Shown one piece after another: positions 38,600-48,249 of a DNA stretch of 64,000 bases (positions are counted from its first letter, which is position 1; each line of letters opens with the position of its first letter). The stretch spans positions 112,111-176,110 of the forward strand of contig JAGASX010000011.1 in NCBI GenBank assembly GCA_017621525.1. Direction: 5' to 3'. The position numbers and the translations under genes are program-made. Origin of the DNA: Clostridia bacterium (GTDB lineage: Bacteria; Bacillota; Clostridia; Christensenellales; UBA1242). Below the pieces are notes generated by a model that was given only the letters and a program-made list of their open reading frames with translations, was not told where the DNA came from and did not search any database.

Positions 38600-38621
38600 A
38601 AATTTAGTGTGGATAAAGTTT

Positions 38622-40004
38622 TTACAAATATTCCCTTACGCCATTTTTATTTTTTGTTTTTCTGCGTTTTGCGCGTGCGGAGCGGAATCTGTTTATCTGT
38701 TCTTGCTTAAACACCGCACTTTCTTCTGCCAGATAATTTTTGCGTACCTGCCATTTATATTTTCTGTTGCCGTATGCCATATCATAAGAGATGATGCATA
38801 CGCCTTGTACAAGGTAGAAGTAGTAAGAGCAGGTTCTCCACAAAATAAGTACCCATACAAGCAGGTTTGACTGCCCAACAACAGCACCAAATGCCGCAGT
38901 AAAGGAAATTTCATTCATTCCGGTACCGCCCGGTAGTGGAAAGAATGAAGATGCAAGGTCTACAAGCACAGTCATAACCATAAGTTTAAAGAACATTTCT
39001 CCGCCAATGCCCGGAGTGAAGAATTTTACTATGAAGAATGGTATTGCATAGTTGAAAAATTGTCGTAACAAGCAAATGATTGTCATAACTATAAAGTCTT
39101 TTGGCGACTTTGCATATTGTTTCATAACATCTTGAAATTCGCTTATATACTTTGTGATTTTTTCATACTGTTTATCATAATTTTTGATGATTTTTATTTT
39201 GTAAAGAATTTTTAAAACCCTTACAACAAGTTTTTTACCAACTGTTTTACAGCAAGAAAGAAATACCGTGATTGCAAGTATGGCAAAACTTAATACAAAG
39301 CCAATTATACTTGTAATCGACACAAAAGTGCCATAACTTTTATCCACCCATGAAACAATAAGGCTGACGAGGCTTATTAAAACCCAACCAAGTTGAGTAA
39401 ACACATACTTTGCAAGAGGAACTGAAAGTGCGGTGTGCAGAGGCACCCCTCTTGATTTAAGGTATGAAATTTGAAATGCCTGTCCACCCGAAGCCATTGG
39501 AGTTACGCTATCATAATATCTGCCAATTTGAGAAACCTTGTATGAAGTGCCAAACCTCCATTTGCCTGTTGATTGTTTAAGTAGATAACTTATTGACAAT
39601 GTTTCCATTAAAACAACAAATGCCAAAAGCAGTATCATAATAAGAAGTGAAGGAACATTTATGCGAAGTCCGCTGATTGGCACCCACTCTTCATTTGTAA
39701 GTTGGTATGCAAGAATACCCGCAACAACTGCAATGTTGATTATAAAAAATACTATATTTATTATTTTGCTTTTTTTTGTGTTTTGTTTTGATACAGATTG
39801 CTCTACCTCATCAATTTTTTTCTTTTGCGAATTGATGTTTTGTTGAACTTCTTCTGGACTGATTTCTATTTTTTCTACATTTTGAGGAATATCAAACCCA
39901 TTTTGGGTTTTGGTTTCTTCCCCTTCATTTGCTTGGGACAAAAAAGTTTCCTCACTTTGTGAGGAAAGGGCTTCTTGATTTTCAAGCAAATCTTTCTTTT
40001 CCAT
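38622..40004 (-). CDS. flippase-like / lysyl-PG-synthase-TM-region family membrane protein (UPF0104 type)
   Basis: 460 aa. An acidic cytoplasmic N-terminus is followed by about 8 TM helices. The signature is FPLPGGTGMNEISF. Confidence 0.65.
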   Translation of the reverse strand: MEKKDLLENQEALSSQSEETFLSQANEGEETKTQNGFDIPQNVEKIEISPEEVQQNINSQKKKIDEVEQSVSKQNTKKSKIINIVFFIINIAVVAGILAYQLTNEEWVPISGLRINVPSLLIMILLLAFVVLMETLSISYLLKQSTGKWRFGTSYKVSQIGRYYDSVTPMASGGQAFQISYLKSRGVPLHTALSVPLAKYVFTQLGWVLISLVSLIVSWVDKSYGTFVSITSIIGFVLSFAILAITVFLSCCKTVGKKLVVRVLKILYKIKIIKNYDKQYEKITKYISEFQDVMKQYAKSPKDFIVMTIICLLRQFFNYAIPFFIVKFFTPGIGGEMFFKLMVMTVLVDLASSFFPLPGGTGMNEISFTAAFGAVVGQSNLLVWVLILWRTCSYYFYLVQGVCIISYDMAYGNRKYKWQVRKNYLAEESAVFKQEQINRFRSARAKRRKTKNKNGVREYL

Positions 40005-40067
40005 AATTTTATATTAACAAAAAAACAAGTGCCCTGTCAAGCGACTTGGGCACCTATTTTATTTTTA

Positions 40068-41816
40068 TTAACCTTTAAGAAGAGAACTTGGAATTCTTCC
40101 GCTGTAAACAGTAATAGTATAATCCTGTTTGATTGTGTTAAGGTTTTGAGTTTCAAAATATGAATATTTATCTTGATAAATTTCATCGTACAATGCATCA
40201 AAATATGTTTTATCAACAAGTGGATTGATGCGGGTTGTGTACAATCTTGTGATTGCATCAGATTCTATGCTGTCGGAAAGTTCAAAGTCGCCGTCAATGC
40301 CATAGTCATCAAACAAATTTTCAACTTTGCCTGTGTAAACAAGTACATGGATACCATATTCGCTTCTTGCAACCTGCATATCGCCAAATTTGCCATTGCC
40401 GTTATCATAAAGTGCAAGACCTGCGTCATTAAATGACTCTACAAAACTTGAAACCGCATTGCCATCTTTGTCTACGCCGATAACATAGTTTGATTCTGCG
40501 TTCAACATTCCTGGGTCTTGGTTGTACTGGTAGATATAGTTGTTGATTGTTTCACCAATAAAGTTGATATTTTCGGTTGCTTGGGCAGATTTAATGCCTA
40601 TTTCAATCTTATCGTAAATGATTTCGTCAACGGTAAGGTTGCCCGCCTCTACTTCTTCATAAACCCCTGTTTCGCTGTTATACTGGCGAACAATTGGTTG
40701 AATTTGCGCGTAAAGAGCGTTAAGGTCTGACTGATATTCATCATAAGTATAGCCATTTCCGTCTTGTTTATCATATTTTGCTTTATATTCGTTGTACTTA
40801 TTTTGTTGTTCTTCGGTAAACTGGAACAAAATGTTTGATACAGTAAAGTATTTGGTTGAATCAGCATCGGTTTTGATATAATAAACCTCGTTGATTGTGT
40901 CTTTCATATCTGTATCATAATTTGTGTCGCCCTCAAACACATATTTTGTGTATGATGCACGCATACGGCTTGCGTATAAGTCGAGAATGTTTTTTGCTGT
41001 TACATCTGTTGCAGTTGTATCACCTTTGTGTGATTGAGCATACTTTTCAACCATTAAGTTTTCATAATTGATTTTGTAAAGTCTGTCAATTTCTCTCATA
41101 AAAATTGAGAAAGTATCTGTTGAAAGTTTTTGTCCTTGTTCTGACATTTTAAGGTTTTTAAGGTATTTATCAAATGCCTTTTGATAATCCTCATTATAAA
41201 GGTTGTCTACAAAGTTTTGGTACATAAGGGTTTTGTCTTCTTCAGTTGTTGCGTCTTTATTGCTTACTGATGGTGTGTAGTTTTCAAGAAGTCCGTCATG
41301 TTTATCAATTTTCTTTACAACATATTTGCCATTTTCAATTGTAAGTGTTGCATTTTTTTCATAACCATTAAAGGTAACATTGTTTTTTGTTTCTTCTTGG
41401 GTTTCTTCCTCGTTGGCAATTTCTTTATAGTAACTGTTTAAGTTGTCTTCAAGTGAAGATGATGTTGCCTCCCAAAGATATGTTTTTTCAAGGTCTGAAA
41501 GTGTGAACATTTTTTCTGCTGTCATAACAACAAGTTTGCGGTTTTCGAGAAGTCTTAAAGTTTCTGCAACTGCCTCTTCTTGTGTCATGCCATAGTATTG
41601 AACATAACTTTGTCCATAACTTTGAAAGCCAGAGATAAGTTCTTTATTTGTAACTTCCGCCACCTTAACGCCATCTTTATTTCTTATTTCGCTGATAACT
41701 GCGTTGTAGTATCTATCCCCATCGGTTTCTATTAAAGAACAGCCTGCAAAAAGTGTCATGCAAAGCATAACAAAGCACATTAAAAATCCGGTAAGTTTCT
41801 TTTTCATTGTATTCAT
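40068..41816 (-). CDS. PrsA/SurA-like lipoprotein with a divergent parvulin PPIase domain
   Basis: 582 aa with a LFAGC lipobox. It has FTVSNILF..., FVESFNDAGLAL and the EYGIHVLV parvulin-like signature. Its position after mfd matches that of prsA-like genes in clostridia. Confidence 0.55.
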   Translation of the reverse strand: MNTMKKKLTGFLMCFVMLCMTLFAGCSLIETDGDRYYNAVISEIRNKDGVKVAEVTNKELISGFQSYGQSYVQYYGMTQEEAVAETLRLLENRKLVVMTAEKMFTLSDLEKTYLWEATSSSLEDNLNSYYKEIANEEETQEETKNNVTFNGYEKNATLTIENGKYVVKKIDKHDGLLENYTPSVSNKDATTEEDKTLMYQNFVDNLYNEDYQKAFDKYLKNLKMSEQGQKLSTDTFSIFMREIDRLYKINYENLMVEKYAQSHKGDTTATDVTAKNILDLYASRMRASYTKYVFEGDTNYDTDMKDTINEVYYIKTDADSTKYFTVSNILFQFTEEQQNKYNEYKAKYDKQDGNGYTYDEYQSDLNALYAQIQPIVRQYNSETGVYEEVEAGNLTVDEIIYDKIEIGIKSAQATENINFIGETINNYIYQYNQDPGMLNAESNYVIGVDKDGNAVSSFVESFNDAGLALYDNGNGKFGDMQVARSEYGIHVLVYTGKVENLFDDYGIDGDFELSDSIESDAITRLYTTRINPLVDKTYFDALYDEIYQDKYSYFETQNLNTIKQDYTITVYSGRIPSSLLKG

Positions 41817-41913
41817 TGTATCTCCAATTCAAATTATAGACATATAATAGCACACATAAACTGAAATTTCAAAGCGTTTTTTGCTACTTTGGCAAATTTT
41901 GTCAATTTTCTTC

Positions 41914-44900
41914 TTACGCTTTGCCCGCACTTTCAAAAAACTCTATCATTTTGTCAAGTTTTTGTGCGACTGAATAGTTTCCTTCAAACTTGATTTTAAC
42001 AAGGCTATCAAATGCAAGTTTGCCACCAAATTCTTGTAAAATATTTGCAAGGCGTGGGTCTATGATGTTATCGCATTTTTCAAGCACCACCATGTTTTCA
42101 AGTCGGTTGATGACAATTCTTTTTCCACCAAATTCCCCTGCCAAATTACGCAAATAAGCAAATTTGCAAAGATTGATTGTTTCCTGTGGTACCTGTCCGT
42201 ATCCGTCTTCCATGGCGGACAAAAGAGAGGCAAGTTCTTCTTTTGTTGAAACCTCGCTTATGCGTGTGTACTGCACAATGCGTTGGTCGCTGTCTGATAT
42301 ATAATCTTCGGCAATAAACGCTGAAAGGTTGATTTCAAGTTTAACATCACTTTTCTTCTTTATCTTTTCTCCGCGAAGTTCTTTTACCTCTTCGTCAAGC
42401 AATTTTACAAACATATCATAACCCACTTTGGCGATATGCCCATGTTGTTCTTTACCAAATATATTGCCTGCACCGCGAAGTTCAAGGTCGCGCATTGCAA
42501 TTTTAAATCCGCTTCCAAGTTGACTGAATTCTTTTATCGCTTCAAGGCGTTTATATGCATCTTCTGTGATTTGTTTATCTTTAACGTAAGTAAGGTATGC
42601 ATAACTTAATCTGTTGCCTCTTCCAATGCGTCCGCGAAGTTGATAAAGTTGGCTTAGTCCAAGCCTATCCGCCTCTATTACAACCATGGTGTTTGCCTCT
42701 GGCAGATTTATTCCGTTTTCAATTAAAGTTGTTGCAATAAGTATGTTGTATTGTCCGTTGTACAGCCTTTCTATAACGCCTTCAAGTGCACGTTCGCTCA
42801 TCTGTCCATGTGCGACACCTATGGTCGCGTTTGGCATAAGGTTGCGTATATGTGATGCAAAGTCATCAATGGTTTCTACCCTATTATAAACCACAAAAGC
42901 CTGTCCGCCTCTTGCGATTTCTCGTGAAAGAACGTCTTTTATAAGGGCATCATTTTCTTCTGCAACATAGGTTTGAATTGGTAATCTATCTCGTGGAGGA
43001 GTTTCTATAATTGAAATATCGCGTATGCCTGAAAGCGACATATTAAGTGTGCGTGGAATTGGTGTGGCTGAAAGGGTAAGCACATCTATATTACGGAATT
43101 TATCTTTCAACTTTTCTTTATGTTCCACACCAAAACGCTGTTCTTCATCAAGCACAAGCAATCCCAAATCTTTAAATTCAACGCCCTCGCCAAGCAATTT
43201 GTGGGTGCCAATAAGCACATCAATTCTGCCCTCTTTAAGTCGGGAAAGGATGTTTTTTACCTGTGCTGGGGTTTTAAAACGATTTAAAACTTCAACCTTA
43301 ACTCCAAAAGGCTCTAAACGCGATTTTGCGGTATATTCATGTTGCTCTGAAAGTATGGTTGTAGGGCAAAGGAAAGCAACCTGTTTGCCATTGTATACCG
43401 CCTTGAAAATGGCACGCATTGCAACCTCGGTTTTGCCAAAGCCAACATCACCGCAAATAAGGCGTTCCATTACCCTATCGCTTTCCATATCCTTATCTAT
43501 ATCATAAATAGCCTTTGTTTGGTCTGGTGTTTCTGTAAAGCCGAAAGCATCGGCAAAGCGTTTTTCAAGTTCCTCATCGCGAATGAATTTGAAACCTTTA
43601 ATTTTTTGACGCTCTTTATATATTTCAATAAGAGAAATCGCCATTTGTTTAATGCTTGCCTTAACGCGTTCTTTTAATCGTGCAAATTCTGCACCACCAA
43701 GTGAGGAAAGTTTTGGCACCTCTTCACTGCCGACGTAGGCAGAAATTGTGTTTGCCTCTTCACTTGGCAGGTATAATTTATCACCATTTTTGTATTCAAT
43801 TACAAAATAATCTTTTTCTATGTCGCTGATTTTAAGTCTTTCAATTTGCGTACATTTCCCTATACCGTGAAAGGTGTGAACAACATATTCGCCAAGTTTT
43901 GGAAGATAGAAAACAGAATGTTTGTTTTTGGAAAAGGCAGGGTTTTTACTGCGAAAAAGGCTGTCGGCACCAACGCCAACAATACGCTCTTTTAAAAACG
44001 AAAATGAGTATGGAAAGGCAAGTGAAGAAATATACACCTGTTTTCTTTCCATTTCTCCGTCAAGAGTGTCATAATCAAAATATGTGATTTCATTTTGTGT
44101 AAGAAAATCGGCAAGGCTGTTTTTAAAACGCTCTTCCCCTGCAAAAAGAATTATTGTTTGATTTAAGTTTTTAAACTCGGTTATATCTTTTTTTAATGCC
44201 AAAAAGTCGGTAAGGTAACTTCTTGGGGCGATTGTTTGGTTGTTGTAGCCCTCGTTGTAAATTCTAAAATTGTCAAAAACATAATTCGCCTTTGGCATAA
44301 GGTCATCAAAGTGCGCATAAAGGTTTTCTTCAAAAGTGGTTGTTGCAAGACGGCTTTTAAAAATAAGGTCAATTTCTTCTTCAATCTTTTTAGGTTCATC
44401 AAGGATTTTTGTTCCGTCAAGGTCAAAAACTGTATTCTCGCCAAAGGGCAATTTTGCATAAAAAACATCTATTTGAGGCAATTTTTCTATGTTTTTCATT
44501 GAATTTTCATCAAAAGTGCCTATATTTTCTACTTCTTCATCAAAAAATTCTATTCTTATTGGGTGGTCGTTGGTTGTGGTGAAAATGTCCAAAATATCAC
44601 CACGCAGGGCAAACTGCCCACGCTCTTGTGCAAGTGGGTATCTTTCATATCCCATTTGGGCAAGCGTTTGAGTAAGGGTTTGCAGATTGAAATTATCACC
44701 AAGTTTTATTGTAAGAGGTTTTGTTTTTTGAATATTAAATTTGATAATTGCAGAGCATGGAAGAAATATAAGGGCATCAAGTTTTCCCTCAACATACTTA
44801 TTTACATTTTCAATGAAAGGCAAAAGGTTTTTATCGTTTTCGTCATCATTCTCTCGCGAAACTGAAATAATTTCAACTCGTTTGCCCAAAGCCTGCAACC

Positions 44901-45045
44901 CGCGTTTAAGTTTGCCAGCATTTACAAAGTTGTTAGACAAAAAAATCAGGCGTTGAAAATCGCTTGCAAAAATAAGTTTTTCGCCATCTTGGACGCCAGA
45001 TATTATTCTATTTCTTTTTAAGTTTTCTATATACTTTGTCAGCAT
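41914..45045 (-). CDS. mfd: transcription-repair coupling factor
   Basis: 1043 aa. It has CGDVGFGKTEVA, DEEQRFGV, the RID/TRG region QLRGRIGR and a CarD-like segment, GEYVVHTFHGIG. Confidence 0.95.
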   Translation of the reverse strand: MLTKYIENLKRNRIISGVQDGEKLIFASDFQRLIFLSNNFVNAGKLKRGLQALGKRVEIISVSRENDDENDKNLLPFIENVNKYVEGKLDALIFLPCSAIIKFNIQKTKPLTIKLGDNFNLQTLTQTLAQMGYERYPLAQERGQFALRGDILDIFTTTNDHPIRIEFFDEEVENIGTFDENSMKNIEKLPQIDVFYAKLPFGENTVFDLDGTKILDEPKKIEEEIDLIFKSRLATTTFEENLYAHFDDLMPKANYVFDNFRIYNEGYNNQTIAPRSYLTDFLALKKDITEFKNLNQTIILFAGEERFKNSLADFLTQNEITYFDYDTLDGEMERKQVYISSLAFPYSFSFLKERIVGVGADSLFRSKNPAFSKNKHSVFYLPKLGEYVVHTFHGIGKCTQIERLKISDIEKDYFVIEYKNGDKLYLPSEEANTISAYVGSEEVPKLSSLGGAEFARLKERVKASIKQMAISLIEIYKERQKIKGFKFIRDEELEKRFADAFGFTETPDQTKAIYDIDKDMESDRVMERLICGDVGFGKTEVAMRAIFKAVYNGKQVAFLCPTTILSEQHEYTAKSRLEPFGVKVEVLNRFKTPAQVKNILSRLKEGRIDVLIGTHKLLGEGVEFKDLGLLVLDEEQRFGVEHKEKLKDKFRNIDVLTLSATPIPRTLNMSLSGIRDISIIETPPRDRLPIQTYVAEENDALIKDVLSREIARGGQAFVVYNRVETIDDFASHIRNLMPNATIGVAHGQMSERALEGVIERLYNGQYNILIATTLIENGINLPEANTMVVIEADRLGLSQLYQLRGRIGRGNRLSYAYLTYVKDKQITEDAYKRLEAIKEFSQLGSGFKIAMRDLELRGAGNIFGKEQHGHIAKVGYDMFVKLLDEEVKELRGEKIKKKSDVKLEINLSAFIAEDYISDSDQRIVQYTRISEVSTKEELASLLSAMEDGYGQVPQETINLCKFAYLRNLAGEFGGKRIVINRLENMVVLEKCDNIIDPRLANILQEFGGKLAFDSLVKIKFEGNYSVAQKLDKMIEFFESAGKA

Positions 45046-45566
45046 TTTCCCTCGTCAGCAATTTTATTTAAAATTAAATCAACCGCCCTTTCAACTGCCT
45101 CGTCAATTATCTTTCTGCTTTCGCTGTCAATCACCGACAGCACAAAATCTGCAAGGTCTTTATTTTTATCTCTGCCTATTCCTACTTTGACGCGTTGAAA
45201 TTCCTCACCGACGAAAGAAACTATTGAGCGAAGTCCGTTATGAGTGCCTGCGCTTCCCCTTTCGCGATACCTTACCACGCCTTTTGCAAGGTCTATATCA
45301 TCAACTGCAACAATAAGTTGGGCATCTTTGAATTTGTTTTTAAGAAGGGTTACCGCCTCGCCACTGTTGTTCATAAATGTGGTAGGTTTTGCAATAAGCA
45401 CCTTTTGTCCGCGATAGTTGCCCTCGGCAATTTCTGCCTTATATTTTTCTTTTGTAAATTGTGCGCCTATACGTTTTGCAAGGCTGTCGGCAACAAAAAA
45501 GCCCACATTATGATATGTGTTTTTATATTCAAACCCCTTATTACCAAGCCCTACAACTATATACAT
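45039..45566 (-). CDS. pth: peptidyl-tRNA hydrolase
   Basis: 175 aa. It has MYIVVGLGNKGFEYKNTYHNVGF and GSAGTHNGLRS. A TAATG overlap links it to the upstream gene, and it overlaps mfd by 7 nt. Confidence 0.95.
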   Translation of the reverse strand: MYIVVGLGNKGFEYKNTYHNVGFFVADSLAKRIGAQFTKEKYKAEIAEGNYRGQKVLIAKPTTFMNNSGEAVTLLKNKFKDAQLIVAVDDIDLAKGVVRYRERGSAGTHNGLRSIVSFVGEEFQRVKVGIGRDKNKDLADFVLSVIDSESRKIIDEAVERAVDLILNKIADEGKC

Positions 45567-46414
45567 TATGCTTCCTCTTCAATTATTTTGCTGAACGCTT
45601 TTATGGTTTTACCTTGACTTATTTTACTTTTTTCTATATATGAATTTTCAATTTGACAATTACTTGAAATTATGCTGTTTTTTATAACATTTCCGCTTTC
45701 CAAAATTGTGCCTGATGATATGATTGACTCGCCTTTTATAACGTTGTTTGGATAAATTACCACGCCTGCCTCTATTTCTGCATCTGCATCAATAAAAACG
45801 GTGTTTTTGCCGTAAATTATCACCCCATTTGCTTGATGAAAAGCCAAAATTCTGTGTTGCAAAATTTCATTCATTTGTGAAATGGTTTTTGCATTGTCGG
45901 CTACTGAAAGTCCCGCATCCTCAAAGCCAACAGCTGAATTTTGCATAAGATTTGGACAAGAATTTATAAATTCTGCTTTTGCAACATATCCCCTTGATAG
46001 TTTTAGGTAGTTGATATTTTTTGATGAAAAATAATTCATTATTTTATAAAAAAGATTTTTGCTTAATAGTGGTGTATCGCTGTAAAAAATTGCAACATAT
46101 TTTTTATCTGTTTGAAAATCTTTTATTCTTTCAAAAACATCTTCGCCATCATCGACAACGATTTGCTGGCAAGAGGAGCCCGCAAGACGCACCCAATCTA
46201 TCATCTTTTTCCCGCAGAGTTTAAGTGATGGCAGGTCGTTTGAAAGGGCTTTGTTTTGAGTGCGAACAACAACAAAAAGCGTTTCCTCGCCAATCCAATT
46301 GAAATTTTGTGATTTTATAAGTTTTTCGGCAGGAATTGTCCCCCTTTCTTCCTCTTCAAAGTCAAAAGACATTTGACCATTTGCAATTTCTAATTCAAAT
46401 TCTTTTATTTCCAT
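45566..46414 (-). CDS. GlmU-like protein, truncated, with a degenerate nucleotidyltransferase motif
   Basis: 282 aa. The C-terminus has hexapeptide left-handed beta-helix repeats (IDADAEIEAGVVIYPNNVIKGESIISSGTILESGNVIKNSII). The N-terminal LCGKKMIDW resembles the GKPML of GlmU. The LAAGxGTRM motif is replaced by VRTQNKALS. It occupies the glmU position upstream of pth-mfd. Confidence 0.5.
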   Translation of the reverse strand: MEIKEFELEIANGQMSFDFEEEERGTIPAEKLIKSQNFNWIGEETLFVVVRTQNKALSNDLPSLKLCGKKMIDWVRLAGSSCQQIVVDDGEDVFERIKDFQTDKKYVAIFYSDTPLLSKNLFYKIMNYFSSKNINYLKLSRGYVAKAEFINSCPNLMQNSAVGFEDAGLSVADNAKTISQMNEILQHRILAFHQANGVIIYGKNTVFIDADAEIEAGVVIYPNNVIKGESIISSGTILESGNVIKNSIISSNCQIENSYIEKSKISQGKTIKAFSKIIEEEA

Positions 46415-46570
46415 GTTTAAAGTATATCTTTAAAGTGGGTTTTTGTCAACCGTATTTTAAGCGGTTAAAATTGAAAATATTTGATAAAATAAAAAAATAT
46501 TAAAAAAAACTGAAAATCATTTTCTTATTTTTTTTATTTATGCTATTATACAAATTATAAAGGAGCGGTT

Positions 46571-47701
46571 ATGAAGAAATTGCTTAAAAATAACAAAATT
46601 ATTCTTTCCTTTTTTATATGCCTTTTTGCACTGCTTTTTCTTATTGCAGGTATGCCTTTCGGTGGCAAAAATGCAAGTGCCCAGTCTACATCTGTTTCGG
46701 CACAATCTAATCAAAAATTTACCATTTCTTTATATGACAGAAAAACCGATGAAGAAAGTACCGCGTTTACCACAATGCACCTTCCTTTTGGCAAATGTTT
46801 TATTTATCAATGGGCTGACACAAACAAAATAACCTTCAATTATGACCCAACAATTGGTAATGCACCAAAAAAGAAATATGAGGACGAAAGCGACCCTACA
46901 AGTGAATATTATGACCTTTCAATTTCTATTGAATATTTGCAAGCGTACAAAGATGTTTCTGTTTTTTATTCAAGCGATGTGAAAATTATTGAAAATGCTT
47001 TTACAACACGCGTAAGTGGAATTGGAAGTTACACTCTGCTTGAAAACCTGCCTCAAAACTTTGTTTTTAATATTGATGACGGCAGAACTGCATTTGTAGA
47101 TGAGGAAACCATAAGGGTGCGTCAGTGGGGAATATATCGTTTTAAACTTCTTATCAACGACGAAGAAACTTACAGCGACTTTTTCGTTATTGAGCCAACA
47201 ATGAAGGTAAATAGCAAGAAAATTCCTGAACTTTCTTTCTACCCAACAAGCAGTAATTCTTCGCTTCACGATGACTATATTTTCTCTGTAACAAATTTGG
47301 AAGAATATAGGTACATTGACTCTTCAAAACTTGTTTGGTATGTAACCGGCAAGGGAGAAGACGGCACCATTTTTATTCTTACAACCGCTGACTTATCACT
47401 TGAACAATTTAAGGACAAACTTTTCACCCCTCTTTACCCAGACTATTCCGACGGTGCAAGAAGTGGGCTTTCATTCCGCTTTGATGACAAAGGAACAACA
47501 GGTGCTTGGGAAATTTGGTGTGAATATAACTATCACAATTCAACTGACGCACCTTTGGTAAGTAAGGTTGTAAAAATCAATACAGGAAGTCAAATAAGTT
47601 ATGAAATTATCATTTGGGTACTTTCTGGCGTGGCAATACTTTCAATTGTTGTAGCAGTTTTATTAGGCATTAGAAGAGCAAAGAAAGACAAAATTTATTA
47701 A
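46571..47701 (+). CDS. exported protein with a C-terminal TM anchor, unknown function
   Basis: 376 aa. It has a signal peptide (..GKNASAQS), a beta-rich body and a C-terminal TM helix followed by RRAKKDK. A GGAG RBS is present. Confidence 0.6.
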   Translation: MKKLLKNNKIILSFFICLFALLFLIAGMPFGGKNASAQSTSVSAQSNQKFTISLYDRKTDEESTAFTTMHLPFGKCFIYQWADTNKITFNYDPTIGNAPKKKYEDESDPTSEYYDLSISIEYLQAYKDVSVFYSSDVKIIENAFTTRVSGIGSYTLLENLPQNFVFNIDDGRTAFVDEETIRVRQWGIYRFKLLINDEETYSDFFVIEPTMKVNSKKIPELSFYPTSSNSSLHDDYIFSVTNLEEYRYIDSSKLVWYVTGKGEDGTIFILTTADLSLEQFKDKLFTPLYPDYSDGARSGLSFRFDDKGTTGAWEIWCEYNYHNSTDAPLVSKVVKINTGSQISYEIIIWVLSGVAILSIVVAVLLGIRRAKKDKIY

Positions 47702-47705
47702 AATG

Positions 47706-47734
47706 AAAAGCGAGAAAATCATCTCGCTTTTTTT
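47706..47734 (+). terminator. intrinsic terminator
   Basis: AGCGAGA-aaatca-TCTCGCT hairpin followed by TTTTTTT. Confidence 0.75.
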
Positions 47735-47856
47735 AGGCACGCAAGAATAACACGAACAAAGTGAGTATTTTCTTTAGGGACGCAAGAATAACACGAACAA
47801 AGTGAATGTTTTCTTTAGGGACGCAAGAATACACGAACAAAGTGAGTGTATTCTTA
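47734..47856 (+). repeat. tandem array of three 41-bp hairpin repeats
   Basis: Units start at 47734, 47775 and 47816. The unit is TAGGGACGCAAGAATAACACGAACAAAGTGAGTGTTTTCTT. Each folds as AAGAA(T)AACAC / GTGTTTTCTT, a 10-bp stem with an 11-nt loop. The third unit is a perfect hairpin and overlaps the stop of the 47854 gene. Confidence 0.9.
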
Positions 47857-48249
47857 CAACACATTATGCACGCTTGCGCCCATAAAATGTAGGTAACTAT
47901 GGCAATAAAACTTTATAAGTTCTATTGAAACCTCAAATTCTTGAACGTCATTTTCGGCAATATACTTTCTGGCTTTTACAATTTCCTGCCCTATTTCTTG
48001 CACATTTTTGTGGTGCACCATATAGCAAAGTTTGGATTCATATTCCGTCCACCTAAACTCTAAATTGTCAAGTGCAAGAACAATTCGGGCGTTTTGAATG
48101 TTTCCCTCCTCTTCGGCAAGGCTTTCAATTTGAAGGCATCTGTTTTGTATTTCAATAAGTGAGCGGGAAACAAGCACCTCTTCAACCACGCAAATTCCTG
48201 TAAGAATTAGTGCAATTATTATGAAGTTTATAACATTCATGTATTTCAT
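47854..48249 (-). CDS. DUF4363-like small membrane-anchored protein
   Basis: 131 aa with an N-terminal TM helix. It is a helical protein lying immediately downstream of, and overlapping, a DUF421 gene, which is the usual pairing. Confidence 0.5.
   Translation of the reverse strand: MKYMNVINFIIIALILTGICVVEEVLVSRSLIEIQNRCLQIESLAEEEGNIQNARIVLALDNLEFRWTEYESKLCYMVHHKNVQEIGQEIVKARKYIAENDVQEFEVSIELIKFYCHSYLHFMGASVHNVL

Noticed and set aside
47734-47856. The 41-bp tandem repeats as a possible CRISPR array.
   Set aside because: The units abut directly with no unique spacers. There are only 2-3 copies and no cas genes in the window. The architecture fits REP-like hairpin arrays instead.
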